Source: Octopus bimaculoides
Taxonomy: Eukaryota
Direction: 5' to 3'
Assembly: GCF_001194135.2 (NCBI RefSeq)
Contig: NC_068993.1
Span: 12,021,260-12,085,259, forward strand
DNA length: 64,000 bases
Shown: positions 12,895 to 25,844 of the stretch, one piece after another
Position numbering within the stretch: the stretch's first letter is position 1
Layout of the letters: each line of letters starts with the position of its first letter
Notes under the pieces: generated by a model
What the model saw: only the letters and a program-made list of their open reading frames with translations
Told to the model about the DNA's origin: nothing
Databases searched by the model: none
Program-made: the position numbers and the translations under genes

Positions 12895-13354
12895 GTATAT
12901 GAGAACGAGTATACTGATTTATATATGAATACATTATGTGATTACATACATACATACATACATAAATAACTACATACATATATGCATACATACATTATAT
13001 TTCCATACGTATCTGTGTGCGTGTTCCGTACGCACTGAAACCAAAAATCCTTTCAATCCGTATGCTGGCAAATAAAATCAATGCCCAGATTAATGTGGCT
13101 ATATTAAGTACCACATTTTTTAAATGATAGATACTGAGGTATATCCGGGATTTTTGAGCAAGAGTGTAGAACTGGGAACTGCGATCGAATCCTATATTGC
13201 CCGCGTACAATATATTGATGCATGGGGGAATCAAAAGAAAAGTCACAGTATTCAGATGATAACCTAGGGCCATGTATTTTATTTATTTGTTTATATTTGT
13301 GGTTACATGATTTTGGAACACTTCTGTAATATACATACACACATAAATATATAC

Positions 13355-14270
13355 AGTGTCGATGTGCATGCCTTGACCAAGTTTCCATACATGAGGCTGA
13401 TAATATCATAAAACTTGGAAGACAGTTCCTTGAGCAACATTCCTTGTGCAATAACATAGAATTCATGCCAAAATAAGTCGCACGTCTCTACCGTAATATC
13501 GTCAGATAAAAGGATGAGCCTAAAAGTGCAGAAGACTATATAAGAACTTGTTAGTAGAAAGCTCCGACATAACAGTAACATTGATCATTAGAGAAGTCTA
13601 TCAAGGACCAATAACCGGATTACTACCTCCCACTTTGAAGGTCATTCGTTTTCAATCTAGGAAGAAGAAATATCAACCCAATACCTAATTCACAAAAAGA
13701 ATAGAGATGCAGGGAATCCAGTAAAATGTGACAACCGATGCAGACTTTGTGGAGTTAGTACATAAGATATCACCCACATCATAAGCCGTTGTCCGAAAAT
13801 GTCATTACGGCATTATTTAGCGATGAGACATGATGTTGTAGCTAAGACACTCTATAATGAAATCTGTTAGAAGGATAATTCTAAGGACAAAGAGATAAGA
13901 ACACACAGTATGGCAGAGACCATAGCCATTCATAATAAGAAGGATAACTGATGGAATGTCCCAGTGAAGACCTCAATAAAATGTAAACACAACAGAACAG
14001 ATGTAATGATTTGGGGTAGAGAAGAGAAACTGTATACAGTTGTGGAAATTAGCGGCCCAGCGGATGTTAACATAAAGATAAAGATCAGTGAAAAACAGAA
14101 TACCTACGCTGAATTATTGAGAAATCTGCAGTTACTCTATCCAGATTACAAGTTCAGGTTTATACCTCTAACTATTGGGTCCCTGGGCTATATAAAACAC
14201 TACCTAAATACTAATCTTGAGGAATTAAGCTTCACAAAACAGAAAGAAGAAAACTTATTCGAAATTATCA
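13355..14270 (+). mobile_element. Degenerate RLE-type LINE, subfamily C
   Basis: TSHFEG...EEISTQYLIHK, CCHC knuckle CRLCGVST*DITHIISRCP, MRHDVVAK, then the endonuclease region WNVPVKTSIKCKHNRTDVMIW...VVEISGPADVNI..KISEKQNTY...IPLTIGSLG (ORF 13964-14362). Confidence 0.85.
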
Positions 14271-14283
14271 GACTCAATCCATT

Positions 14284-14490
14284 GTGTGTGAGTGTGTCAT
14301 TGATATGTGTTTACGTTTGTCCACACCAGCGTTTACGTCCCCGTAACCTAGCAGTTTGGTAAAAGGGACGAAGGAAATTGTACCAGGATTAAAAAATTAA
14401 ATACTAGGGTCATTTCATGGGACTAAATATTATAGTAGTGCCCCAGTGTGGCGGCAGTCTAATGACTGCAACAACTGAAAGAGAAAAGGT
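14284..14490 (+). mobile_element. SINE family A, 3' half (forward)
   Basis: gtttacgtccccgtaacctagcagtttggtaaaag...ccccagtgtggcggcagtctaatgactgcaaca is the reverse-complement homologue of 5931-6140. Confidence 0.75.
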
Positions 14491-16489
14491 ACAGGAAGAT
14501 AGAATTGAGGTAGAGAGAGAACCATTCATGATGGGAAAAAACCTTTGTTAAAGTCTATCTCCATTATATGTAGATATTAAATGTCAGAGCAACAGGGTAA
14601 TAGCTGGCTGCGTCAGAGAGCTCTCGGTTTATTGAAATTTGACGCACTAACTCGTGCCTTCAATATCACTGTACATTCTGCTGTACAAAAAAAAAAGAAA
14701 AAGATTTAAGTGTTCGATGAATACAGTTGTACATTTGGAGGTGCATTGTTTAAGTGTAATGGCAAGGTCCTTTACAGAACAAGGAGCTGGACGTATTCCA
14801 GCCTTGTGTGTTTACGTACGTTGACGAAGCAATTGGGGTGAAAGTAAATTCAGAGAGGATTGGTCAAAATATGACTTACGCACGTTATATAAACATTCTA
14901 GTTAATAACTAATCCAATATTTATAGACCTATATCCATAATCATAGTGGATATTTAGAAAACGCATATAGAGACATTTTGTCTAGATAAGTTTGCTTCCT
15001 ATTAATGTATTCATCAGCCATATTTCTACATTCTCATCAAAGCTGCGGTCCCTAATCTATGATTGGACAAGGCTGTGAATAAACAACTCTCTTAGACTGC
15101 ATTCCCTCCCAACGAAGCGTTCTCGATTAATTTCAACGTAGCTGTTCCCCAAAACATCCCGAACAGTTTTTGTATTCACACTGTAACTTTTCTAACTGCA
15201 ATACAGATTAGATGTTCTCGTGCTATCTCTACTCAAACACCCGTGACATTCTCAATTATTTTCTTCAACCAGTTCACACTGCGTTGGACCCTGTCATAAA
15301 TAATGGCCACATTTTTACCACAAACCAATCTTTATTGTATTCTATTCTCATCCATGAATTTTCCACAGCTTTTGGTCCCATGCTCCATGCCAATCACCGA
15401 TCTTAAGGGAAGAGCAACAACGACAATAACAAAAATTGCAAGTGAACAATAACAAGGGCGGCAGCAGCTTTTGCCTGGCTGAATTAAAACCAATGGACGT
15501 AAAGTGTGTATAATAAAATAAACGTGTAAACTATATCTGAACAAATAATAATTGCACAAAACTATTCATCTTCTTAACTGCTCTATATTTCATATTGATT
15601 TTCAGCAATACATATTTATTTACAGCATTTCTGTTCTGTGCTATTATAACAATTCCATGTGGGCGTAAGCAGCTATCTGTGAAACATAAACATTGTTCAA
15701 TATGTTGTTTAGTTGCTGTATGAAGTTCTACAGATTTCAAGTGTTGAGTTCAAAGAATATATAAGTATTTCACAATTGCCAGCAGATTTGCTAAAGGAAA
15801 GGAAAAAAATATTAAAACAACGCGTATTTTCTTCAATGATTTTAATAATATTCAATTATTAACACTCACATTTCATATAATTTCCTATATAGCAGAGGAG
15901 CGTGCAAAATGATGTCTCACACCACAAAGACAAAAGTCTATGAATGAAAACTTATAAGAGTTAAAGGAACCTAAATAACACTTCATTAATAAGTCACGTG
16001 AAAGCACACATACACTACGACATGGAAATTGTGGCAATGTATAACATAACTTGAACAGGAGAAAGATGCTGTGTCTATCAAGTTTTCACCTTTTTGTTTA
16101 CTCTGAAACCAGTGAGACAGATGTGGATGCAGTTTCTCCTGAACGGGTAAATACAGACGGGCGCACGAAATGAATGCCAATACTCCAATATTATCTGCCA
16201 GATGAAGTATTAACCGTTTTAGTGAACGAGATTATCCAGGACGGTTGTCACAGAAAGTAACGAGGAAAGAGCAATGGGAGGAGTAAGCTAAGTAGAGATG
16301 GCCAGAAATCAGCATTTCCAAAATTTCAAGCATGACTGTTTTAGTGTCTGGTAAAGCATGGAGGAGAAACAACATCCTGGAAAATACTTTATGGCAATCG
16401 AAGTAAAACTATTTTTTTCTGTTTTGTGATAAATAATATGTATCTTGGCACATCGAAACACTGAAAGATGGTTGCAATCGTTATTCCTT

Positions 16490-16843
16490 TATTCGTTGAT
16501 CCCTTTAACTGTTTCAGTCATATTAGTCGAATGAATTGGCCCCAGTACCTTTTTTCTAATTTTTAATCCTAGTACCTATACTATCGGTCTTTTTTGCCGA
16601 ATCGCGAAGTCACGGGGGCGTAGGCCATCAGCCCCAGTTGTCAAGCAGTGGTGGGAGTCAAGCATAGACATACATATACATACGACAGGCTTCTTTCAGT
16701 TTCCTTCTACCAAATCCACTCACAAGGCTATGGTCGGCCCAAGGCTGTAGAAGAAGACACTGGCCGAAGGTGCTATGCAATAAGACTGAACTCGGATCCA
16801 TGTGGTTGGGAATCAATTTTCTTACTTCACAGCCACTCCTGCG
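16490..16843 (-). mobile_element. SINE family A, near full length (tRNA head, CORE-like segment, internal CA/TA tract, 3' domain)
   Basis: The minus strand begins cgcaggagtggctgtgaagtaag (A-box-like)...gagttcagtc (B-box-like)...gcaccttcggccagtgtcttc. It joins the 5' halves (25621, 57920) and 3' halves (5931, 14284) into one element. Confidence 0.85.
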
Positions 16844-17609
16844 TAAATTAGTGTAGAGCAACTGTTTCGTGGTTTTGCCAATTATATTTCGTTGTTCGCA
16901 TTCTAATTTCCAGACACACCTTATTAAAATTTACGGATAATCGCACAGAATCATTCCTGTGAGCACAGACCATGAATTAAATTCGTGTAAATTTAATGCA
17001 TCCATGCTTAGAAAATGTATTACTTCAAGATTGGCGTAAAAAGTTTATTATTTTGAGATGTAGGAAGTTGATAATTCAACACTCGATTTAATTCACAGGT
17101 GCATCATTTACATTTACTTACAATATTAATGAATACAAGAAAGTCATGAACTTAATTTATCACAATACTGCTTCTAGACTATACAGAGACATTTTTGGCC
17201 TCGATAATGACAGTGATACATTTAAACTGAAAACACAATAGAAAATGCAAAACAAGGGCATATGGGTGTGTCATAAAATTATTTATTCATTTGTTTAGTG
17301 CTTTAACACATTGGATTCCGGCTATGTTCAACTATGACCTTTAAGAGTTTTAGTCGGTCATATGGATCATAATAATCATTTCAGCTTTTGATTTCTGGTT
17401 ATAATAAAAAAAAAATAGCTCTGAAAAAAGTAGCTTTAGTCTTTCAACATGCCAAAAGAAAAGCAATAAAAGATTTAAACAAGATGTAAATACTTTACGA
17501 TGTTTCTAATGGTTTGTCTTGAAATTCCATCAAGATGAATATATTAAAATGCTGACTTGAAGAAAACATCTCGTACCTGGAAGACAATAGTGAACACATT
17601 TTTTACTTG

Positions 17610-17718
17610 TTAATATAAGGTTTGGTTTTGCATATTCTCTTTGATGTCGTAGTTGATCACGCCGTATTCAGGTTTCCCGATTAAAGCCGAGGGTGTTGTA
17701 CGCCTCTTCCCACGGTGT
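17610..17718 (-). CDS. Unverified candidate terminal exon (HRGKRRTTPSALIGKPEYGVINYDIKENMQNQTLY*)
   Basis: Strong acceptor atattttttactttcag, locally higher GC, one frame open for 35 codons to TAA. No recognised homology. Confidence 0.2.
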
Positions 17719-17998
17719 CTGAAAGTAAAAAATATTTGGTACGTCTCGTTTTCAATTTGCCTTCCACTGATCGGATTTATCGTTCGATTTCTGTTCGACC
17801 TTCGTCTTAAATCGATGACACTTCATAAAAAACAGAGGATATGTCATATTTTTGCCCTAAAGGACATTTAAATTTATCTCTGTATGTGAAACAAGGGCAC
17901 GCTTGAGACTTCGACTCAGGCTTGCGTCGACAAAAGTAGCTTTTTTGTAGGATAATTGAAATTGCATTGTACTTTCTCATGAGTTATATGCTACTTAG

Positions 17999-18036
<38 letters not shown>

Positions 18037-20885
18037 NNNNNNNNNNNNNNNNNNNNNNNNNNNNNNNNNNNNNNNNNNNNNNNNNNNNNNNNNNNNNNNN
18101 NNNNNNNNNNNNNNNNNNNNNNNNNNNNNNNNNNNNNNNNNNNNNNNNNNNNNNNNNNNNNNNNNNNNNNNNNNNNNNNNNNNNNNNNNNNNNNNNNNNN
18201 NNNNNNNNNNNNNNNNNNNNNNNNNNNNNNNNNNNNNNNNNNNNNNNNNNNNNNNNNNNNNNNNNNNNNNNNNNNNNNNNNNNNNNNNNNNNNNNNNNNN
18301 NNNNNNNNNNNNNNNNNNNNNNNNNNNNNNNNNNNNNNNNNNNNNNNNNNNNNNNNNNNNNNNNNNNNNNNNNNNNNNNNNNNNNNNNNNNNNNNNNNNN
18401 NNNNNNNNNNNNNNNNNNNNNNNNNNNNNNNNNNNNNNNNNNNNNNNNNNNNNNNNNNNNNNNNNNNNNNNNNNNNNNNNNNNNNNNNNNNNNNNNNNNN
18501 NNNNNNNNNNNNNNNNNNNNNNNNNNNNNNNNNNNNNNNNNNNNNNNNNNNNNNNNNNNNNNNNNNNNNNNNNNNNNNNNNNNNNNNNNNNNNNNNNNNN
18601 NNNNNNNNNNNNNNNNNNNNNNNNNNNNNNNNNNNNNNNNNNNNNNNNNNNNNNNNNNNNNNNNNNNNNNNNNNNNNNNNNNNNNNNNNNNNNNNNNNNN
18701 NNNNNNNNNNNNNNNNNNNNNNNNNNNNNNNNNNNNNNNNNNNNNNNNNNNNNNNNNNNNNNNNNNNNNNNNNNNNNNNNNNNNNNNNNNNNNNNNNNNN
18801 NNNNNNNNNNNNNNNNNNNNNNNNNNNNNNNNNNNNNNNNNNNNNNNNNNNNNNNNNNNNNNNNNNNNNNNNNNNNNNNNNNNNNNNNNNNNNNNNNNNN
18901 NNNNNNNNNNNNNNNNNNNNNNNNNNNNNNNNNNNNNNNNNNNNNNNNNNNNNNNNNNNNNNNNNNNNNNNNNNNNNNNNNNNNNNNNNNNNNNNNNNNN
19001 NNNNNNNNNNNNNNNNNNNNNNNNNNNNNNNNNATATATATATATATATATATATATATACAAGCATACACGCTCGCACATACACAACACGAAATCTCTC
19101 TCACACGCACTCAGACATACATCTCCCCATACACACGTACATATCTTTATACGTCACTGGTACTTGCATGAAGGTAAGTACACCCGGCGTTTGTTAATTA
19201 CTCAGCGAGATTTAAAAACGCAAGTCCTAAGATATTGACTAAGGTAACGACAAGAAAATTTACTTCCAGAATCATGAAAATGGAAATGGAAAATTTAATA
19301 TATGGTAATTATCTATTCTAGAACGAAAGAAATATTGTATAGATATAACCACATGAAAGAATATATATTGTAAAATATATGTATAGGAATTTGTTTGACG
19401 TTGATATTTTGGAGCACTATATTTAAAACAGACACACAGAGATTCATACACGTCCACCTAAGAGACTCAAAACAGAAAAAAATTGACTATAACGCAATTG
19501 TATAAATGCAGGCACTCGAACACACAAGTGCATATGCACATACGCATACCCATGCTCACAAACATGTGCAGCGCGTGCGTGTGTTAGCGAATGCATGGAT
19601 GTCTTACTTCGTTGAAGAATTAGACTAAATTTCCGATCGAAGTAAATTATAATAGATAACGATAATTACCTCCTCATATCTACACCAAACTAGAGTTTGA
19701 GAGACTATTTTTTATTACGGCATACAGTTAACTCCTCAGAAAATTAAATCGTCTACTGCGGTCGATCTTTATTATTCAATTTTATAGACTCATTTAACAA
19801 AAGAAATTATTTTTTGAGGCATTTGAAAGCTGCTCTTTTCCGCATTAAAAAAATTATTCCGTGTTACCCTGTGTTAATGTTTATAATGAATTCTAACCGG
19901 TATTAACAATTGATTTAACATAAAACACCTTTACACTGTGACTGACAATATTGTTTTCACTTTCGTAGTATATAACGGAAATCTGAATGAACATTGAAGA
20001 AAAAATTCCTCATCAAGTATTAAGCTGTTAGATAAATTCCTTGGGTTTTCCACCTGATCGTCATATTTCTGAAAAGAGATAAATTTTTAAAACGATAATT
20101 AAAAGCTGTAGAGAAAAATAGAATTACAAAAAGCATTAAACACTACGATAAAATATTTTCGTGTTAATTCAAAAAGCATTATAATGGATAAAAATATATG
20201 GAAATGGAAAATGAATAAAGTCAAACTGGTTTTTCATATATTATATGCGTTTTTCTTTGATTTGTCAAATGTATTGTTCTTACATTTCAACGTTTAAAAA
20301 TTAAACGATAAGAATCCTGTATTTATTATGTATCAAGAAGTATTCATATGTAATAAAACAGTATTTCATTAAAATTGGGAAACCACTGTCAGTATACTGA
20401 TTACTAATTAATAATAAAGTATTTCTTGTCCGGATAAAGCCTAATTCCATCTCTCCAAACATAATAATTTGAAATGCAAGAATATAGTCTCCAACATTGA
20501 TAACGCTTTTCTCATGAAAATATACGATTCACACAGGTCCAAGTAAAAATGGTGAATCTTTAAACAAACGGTTTCAGTAGTGTTTGATATTTCAAATTAC
20601 ATCTGTCTCTCTCGGAATGTCGATGAAAATTAAGTACAGGCTGTTCCTGGAAATGATAAAACAGTAATTAAAAGATGAACAACACACAGAACCATGTAAA
20701 TGTACTATATTATATACTGCATTTGTTGTTGCCCAACCGAAACTCAACTCTGATCTAACCACAGTATAAAGTTAGATATTATTAATGCCCTGAACAATCT
20801 ATCTTATTTTCAAATTAAGGAGGTATATCGAGCCGCATTAGTCTAAGAATGTATTTCGTTTTATCAAGATTGATTGTGATTTCAG

Positions 20886-20995
20886 GTATATACATTTACA
20901 GTTTCTAGTACGATGGGCATCTTTGCGGAAAATGCCTCCTTGGATGGTACCATTTTGTTTCTTATATGATGACTTACAGATTATCCGTAATATAT
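20886..20995 (+). CDS. Unverified candidate internal exon (YIHLQFLVRWASLRKMPPWMVPFCFLYDDLQIIRNI)
   Basis: Acceptor gtgatttcag (alternative atttacag at 20901), donor AT|gtgagt, only one open frame. No recognised homology. Confidence 0.25.
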
Positions 20996-22433
20996 GTGAG
21001 TGAATGAAACCCGTAAGTTTTATACTTTAAATCAAATGAACACAACTGCCTCTAAGTGTCCTACAGTTAGTATATGATTTGATTTTCATTTGAGCTTCAA
21101 AGAACAACGGTTATTGATCAATTGATATGTGTATAAATATTTGTACTTTTGTACTTCTTTTATAATTGATGTATTTCGCATCTATGACAAGTTTATTTTT
21201 CATCGAGACAAGTATTCAATGAGGACAATTTTGTATCATTTTAGGACCGAGTATATAAACACTTTTTAAACCGAGTCCTTTTATGAGATCGTTATCTCAA
21301 CGAAAAAAGCCATTTGGCGATAACAATATTAGGTTATGTCAATCATTCAGAGACGCAGGATCAAGTGTGGCTTGATGCAGTCAGTCTTATTCGCTCGCGT
21401 TGTTAATATCTTTGGAGAAATCTTGAAATTTTTCTAACATTAAAGTATAAGACATAAACGAGAGAATATGATACGTGTACACAGGCCAGCTTTCAGGGTA
21501 ACGCAGTTTCAAAACCCTAATCAGAATATTTGAAATCGGGTACTCTGCTAAAATCCCCTTAAAATATAGTGACTTCCTACTCAACAGGAAATCGATACTT
21601 TAAAATATCGATATTACATTGTATACAGAATATACGACATACGGCAGGATGAATTAATATCATTGCTTTCCTAATAAATAATCTGATAGTGAGAGGCATC
21701 AGCTCCAACATTAAAACAGGGATTCGTCATCTTAGCATTAAAAGACAATGGTACTTATACATAGGTTAACATGACATATAGTACTCATCTATATGAAACC
21801 CCCTATATTGAATTTCTTCTCTGACGTCATTTTCGATCGAACAATAGGAAATATCGAAGATATTCTATTTTATTTCAATGTATTACTTCTAAAATATATT
21901 TCTGTACCATATATTTGTCTATAAACCCTTCATACATTCACTTTTATATCATAAATTCTTCTTCGGCAATACTTACTCCCAGCCTTCGATTTACGTAATC
22001 CGTATTACCGTATTTTAATACATATACATTTACACATAGAAATATATAAATAGATACATAAATATATATATAACATTTATATANNNNNNNNNNNNNNNNN
22101 NNNNNNNNNNNNNNNNNNNNNNNNNNNNNNNNNNNNNNNNNNNNNNNNNNNNNNNNNNNNNNNNNNNNNNNNNNNNNNNNNNNNNNNNNNNNNNNNNNNN
22201 NNNNNNNNNNNNNNNNNNNNNNNNNNNNNNNNNNNNNNNNNNNNNNNNNNNNNNNNNNNNNNNNNNNNNNNNNNNNNNNNNNNNNNNNNNNNNNNNNNNN
22301 NNNNNNNNNNNNNNNNNNNNNNNNNNNNNNNNNNNNNNNNNNNNNNNNNNNNNNNNNNNNNNNNNNNNNNNNNNNNNNNNNNNNNNNNNNNNNNNNNNNN
22401 NNNNNNNNNNNNNNNNNNNNNNNNNNNNNNNNN

Positions 22434-22479
<46 letters not shown>

Positions 22480-23272
22480 TGTGAATGTATATTTATATAT
22501 ACATGAATGCTGGCAGATGCACGTGTGTGGGTGGGTGTATGTATATGTTTCCGTATTCCTGTATGTGCGTTTATGTATGTGTGTGTGTTTATGTGTGTAA
22601 GCTTTTAATGCATCCGTATTCCTCGAAGCTCAATCCTTGTAATCTTTAGTGTTTCCCTGATTTATATAATCCCCTTCATTCTTAAGTAGGTCCCTTATCT
22701 ATCCATTACTTACCAATGCCAAGCTTTTATCTTTTACTCTCTACTCTCAGGATTTTTACATCCAGACTGCTTTAAATATTCTCCATGTTAATAGCATTTT
22801 TTTATATATATATATATATATTTTTGATCAGATCAGTAGCATTTGGTTACGAACAAAACAAAATCACAGATATTTTGTATTGTTTTCCGGTAAGACGTCA
22901 ATAACAACATTAATAAACTTTAACTGGGGGGTCATGATATTATTAGGGATGGCATAAAATGTAAAACTGTTTTCGTATGCGCATATGCTAATCGATTTTC
23001 TTTTTATTAAGTGTAAGTGTGTGTGTTTCTATATGTATGTGCATGTGTGTCTGTGAGAGTATATGTATGTGTGTGTGTTTGCATGCACGTGTGTATATGT
23101 GTTATGGGTTTCGATAACAGGTAGCAATACATAATCTATTATTTGGGAACCTAACTGAGTTATTCGATATCGCGTTTGGTATTCTTATAGGGATGAGGAT
23201 AATTACGGCATCTGTTGTATCCTATGATACAGCTTCTACCATTTTTTGCTCTCTCTCTCTCTCTCTCTCTCT

Positions 23273-23303
<31 letters not shown>

Positions 23304-23370
23304 CATATATGTATATATACATATATAAATATACATATATGCATACACACACATACACACAGACACACAG

Positions 23371-23411
<41 letters not shown>

Positions 23412-24379
23412 TATATATATATATATATATACATGTGTGTGTGTATGTTTGTATGAAGGCATACATACACCAGAAGTTATGTACATTCTAGAGGACATAC
23501 TAAAATCAGAAACAGGAAAATAAAGGAGTATACCTGTTCGCAGGCCTTCTTAGACAACAAAAGTTAATCAGTTGGTGTTTGGTGTGACATTGTGTTGTTT
23601 AGGAACGTGTAAAAGAGAAAATGCACGCAAGAAAATAGTTCCGTGATACAAGTCTGTAAAACGTCAAGAAACATAATTATCAGAATGTCTTTCACAGAAA
23701 AATTCAAGTAAGTTTGAAAATGTTCTGATGGGGGTATCGAGGGGCCAAAAAACAAAACAAAACAAAACAAAAGACATTTATTCAGAAGGCAATGTGAGGG
23801 CGTGCGATGATAAACCTTTTCTAATACGCCATACAAGCATTATGATGATTGCATCGAATTTAATGAAACGCAATAAGTGTAGGGAGCAAACAAGACAAGA
23901 AAGCAATGCAAAGAAATAACTGAAGTGAACGAGGAATGCATTATGCAGTTACCTGAATTCCTAATGCAGACAGGTATTCAATTATGATGAATGTATATCA
24001 ATAATTTATAAAAATGTAATATAAAATATATCAGGCAACCACTATATATTCTTGGCTTCCCTCTTTTTAGTAACGCCGCTGTATTTACTACAAGCAACAA
24101 CCTAAAGACAAGTTAGAGGTCATTTCCAAATCAAAGGCGAGGAAACTTATAGATCCAAATCTGAAACGTTGTCTGGCCCTAAAGGAAAATTGAATTAATT
24201 TTGATAGTTCTCAATAGGTAGTGGATCAAAGATTACCCTCAGACATTATCAGCAAAGAAGTCTCTCTGTGGTCTTACAACTTTCTAGATGAACTTACTGA
24301 AAGTAGAAACAGCTGCTTAAAAAAATCAACAAAGAAAATCCTGGGAATGAACGAAAAACATTTATGAAAATTTTGGCTC

Positions 24380-24530
24380 AAGGCCAGCTAATTTAGGTGA
24401 CATAGTATTTAAATTTTGCAGTATTTCATTGGCACCAAATGAATGACAGGTAATTCAACTTCAGTGGAATTTGAACTCAGAACCTAAAAAATCAGACGAA
24501 ATGCCGCTAAACATTTTATCCGTACAGTAG
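24380..24530 (-). mobile_element. SINE family C fragment
   Basis: ggaatttgaactcagaacc...cagacgaaatgccgctaaac; the reverse strand has B-box-like GAGTTCAAATTC; similar to 6850-6985. Confidence 0.55.
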
Positions 24531-25620
24531 AATGCTCTGTAATAGAATGATCTTGAGTATATGTCTATCGAAACAGTTGATCGAAGTTCAAGCAATAAAA
24601 ACTATAACATTAGATGAGATAAATTCTGCGTTTACAGTGATTGTGGATATTTTAAATTTGATATGTGCAGCTGGCTATAACATACGGATAAGAAAGTACA
24701 TACAGTTTCTGCGTGTTTTAAAAGGCTACTAAAAATATTGCGACATGAAGATCATCCGGCTGTAAAACACAGCCTTCAAAACCGTTCAATCCATGATTAT
24801 AAGCGAATGTGATAATGATAATAATAATGATCAATGTGTATCAGTCTGTTTTGTATTAATTGCATCTCTTTGATATACATCGTGACATTATCCTAATGCT
24901 TTTGCACATCTGGTCTAACTTATTCTATTAGAGTGGAAGAAGCGGAGGGAAAAAATAAACTGGTCCATGATGTTATTTCTTTTAGAGATTGTTCCGGATC
25001 ATGCCTCATATACTTAGTAGGTTAAGAACCGGTCATAAACAATGAAGAAACAAGAGCAACCTTTGTGTGATCACTCAACCGATTCGAAATCTAAGCCAAA
25101 TTTACCTCAGATCACACCCCGTTGATTATAGTAAACAAGCAAAAACAAAAACAAAACAAAAGAAGCAAAACCCAAAATGAATGGAAGGCACATTAGACTA
25201 TGTTCCATGATATTTTCATCTATCTGCAAACGTGGTAATTTTTCCATCTATCTCACACTGTGTGTCTCTCAACGCATTTAACTGTCTAGCTAGCTAGACA
25301 AACAGAGAAGTTTGTATTATATATGTGGTCACGTTCTTTCGATTGTTTGTTATTTTCTTTCTTGTCTACTCTTTGCTTCATAAACATACACTTGAGGCTT
25401 GTGAAATCTCTCTCACAATCTCTTCCTTTCTCTCTTGTCTACGCTTTCTTCCTAAGTTTTGTCTACTAGCATTCTGTCTTCCTTTATATAACACTGGACT
25501 TTGCGCATCTTGTTCGATCTGAGTACTAATTCATTCTATTATTTGCCTTTTGAGAGATTCTTTGAATTTACACTAACATACGTAAATTGCATGCACACAC
25601 ACACATATGCATGTATTAAA

Positions 25621-25772
25621 TACTTCTTTCAGATTGCTTGTACCAAATCCACTCACAAGGCATTCGTCGCTCGGGGCTAGAGTAGAAGACACCTGCCTAA
25701 GGTGCCACGCAGCTGGTCTGAAACCGGAACCAGGTGGTTGGGAAGCACACTGCTTGCCACATAGACACACCC

Positions 25773-25773
<1 letters not shown>
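25621..25773 (-). mobile_element. SINE family A, 5' half
   Basis: cttctttcag...taccaaatccactcacaaggc...agtagaagacac.tgcc.aaggtgccacgcag...ccggaacca.gtggttgggaagca is shared with 16690-16843 and 57920-58086. Confidence 0.85.

Positions 25774-25844
<71 letters not shown>

Noticed and set aside
13128-13268. DTEVYPGFLSKSVELGTAIESYIARVQYIDAWGNQ, superficially cadherin-like
   Set aside because: Lacks the cadherin DxD/LDRE/DxNDN motifs, is short and has no donor.
15020-15420. Possible very old RTE 3' end on the minus strand
   Set aside because: Similarity is too weak to call by eye.
23525-23710. Good splice-site pairs on both strands
   Set aside because: All frames contain stops.
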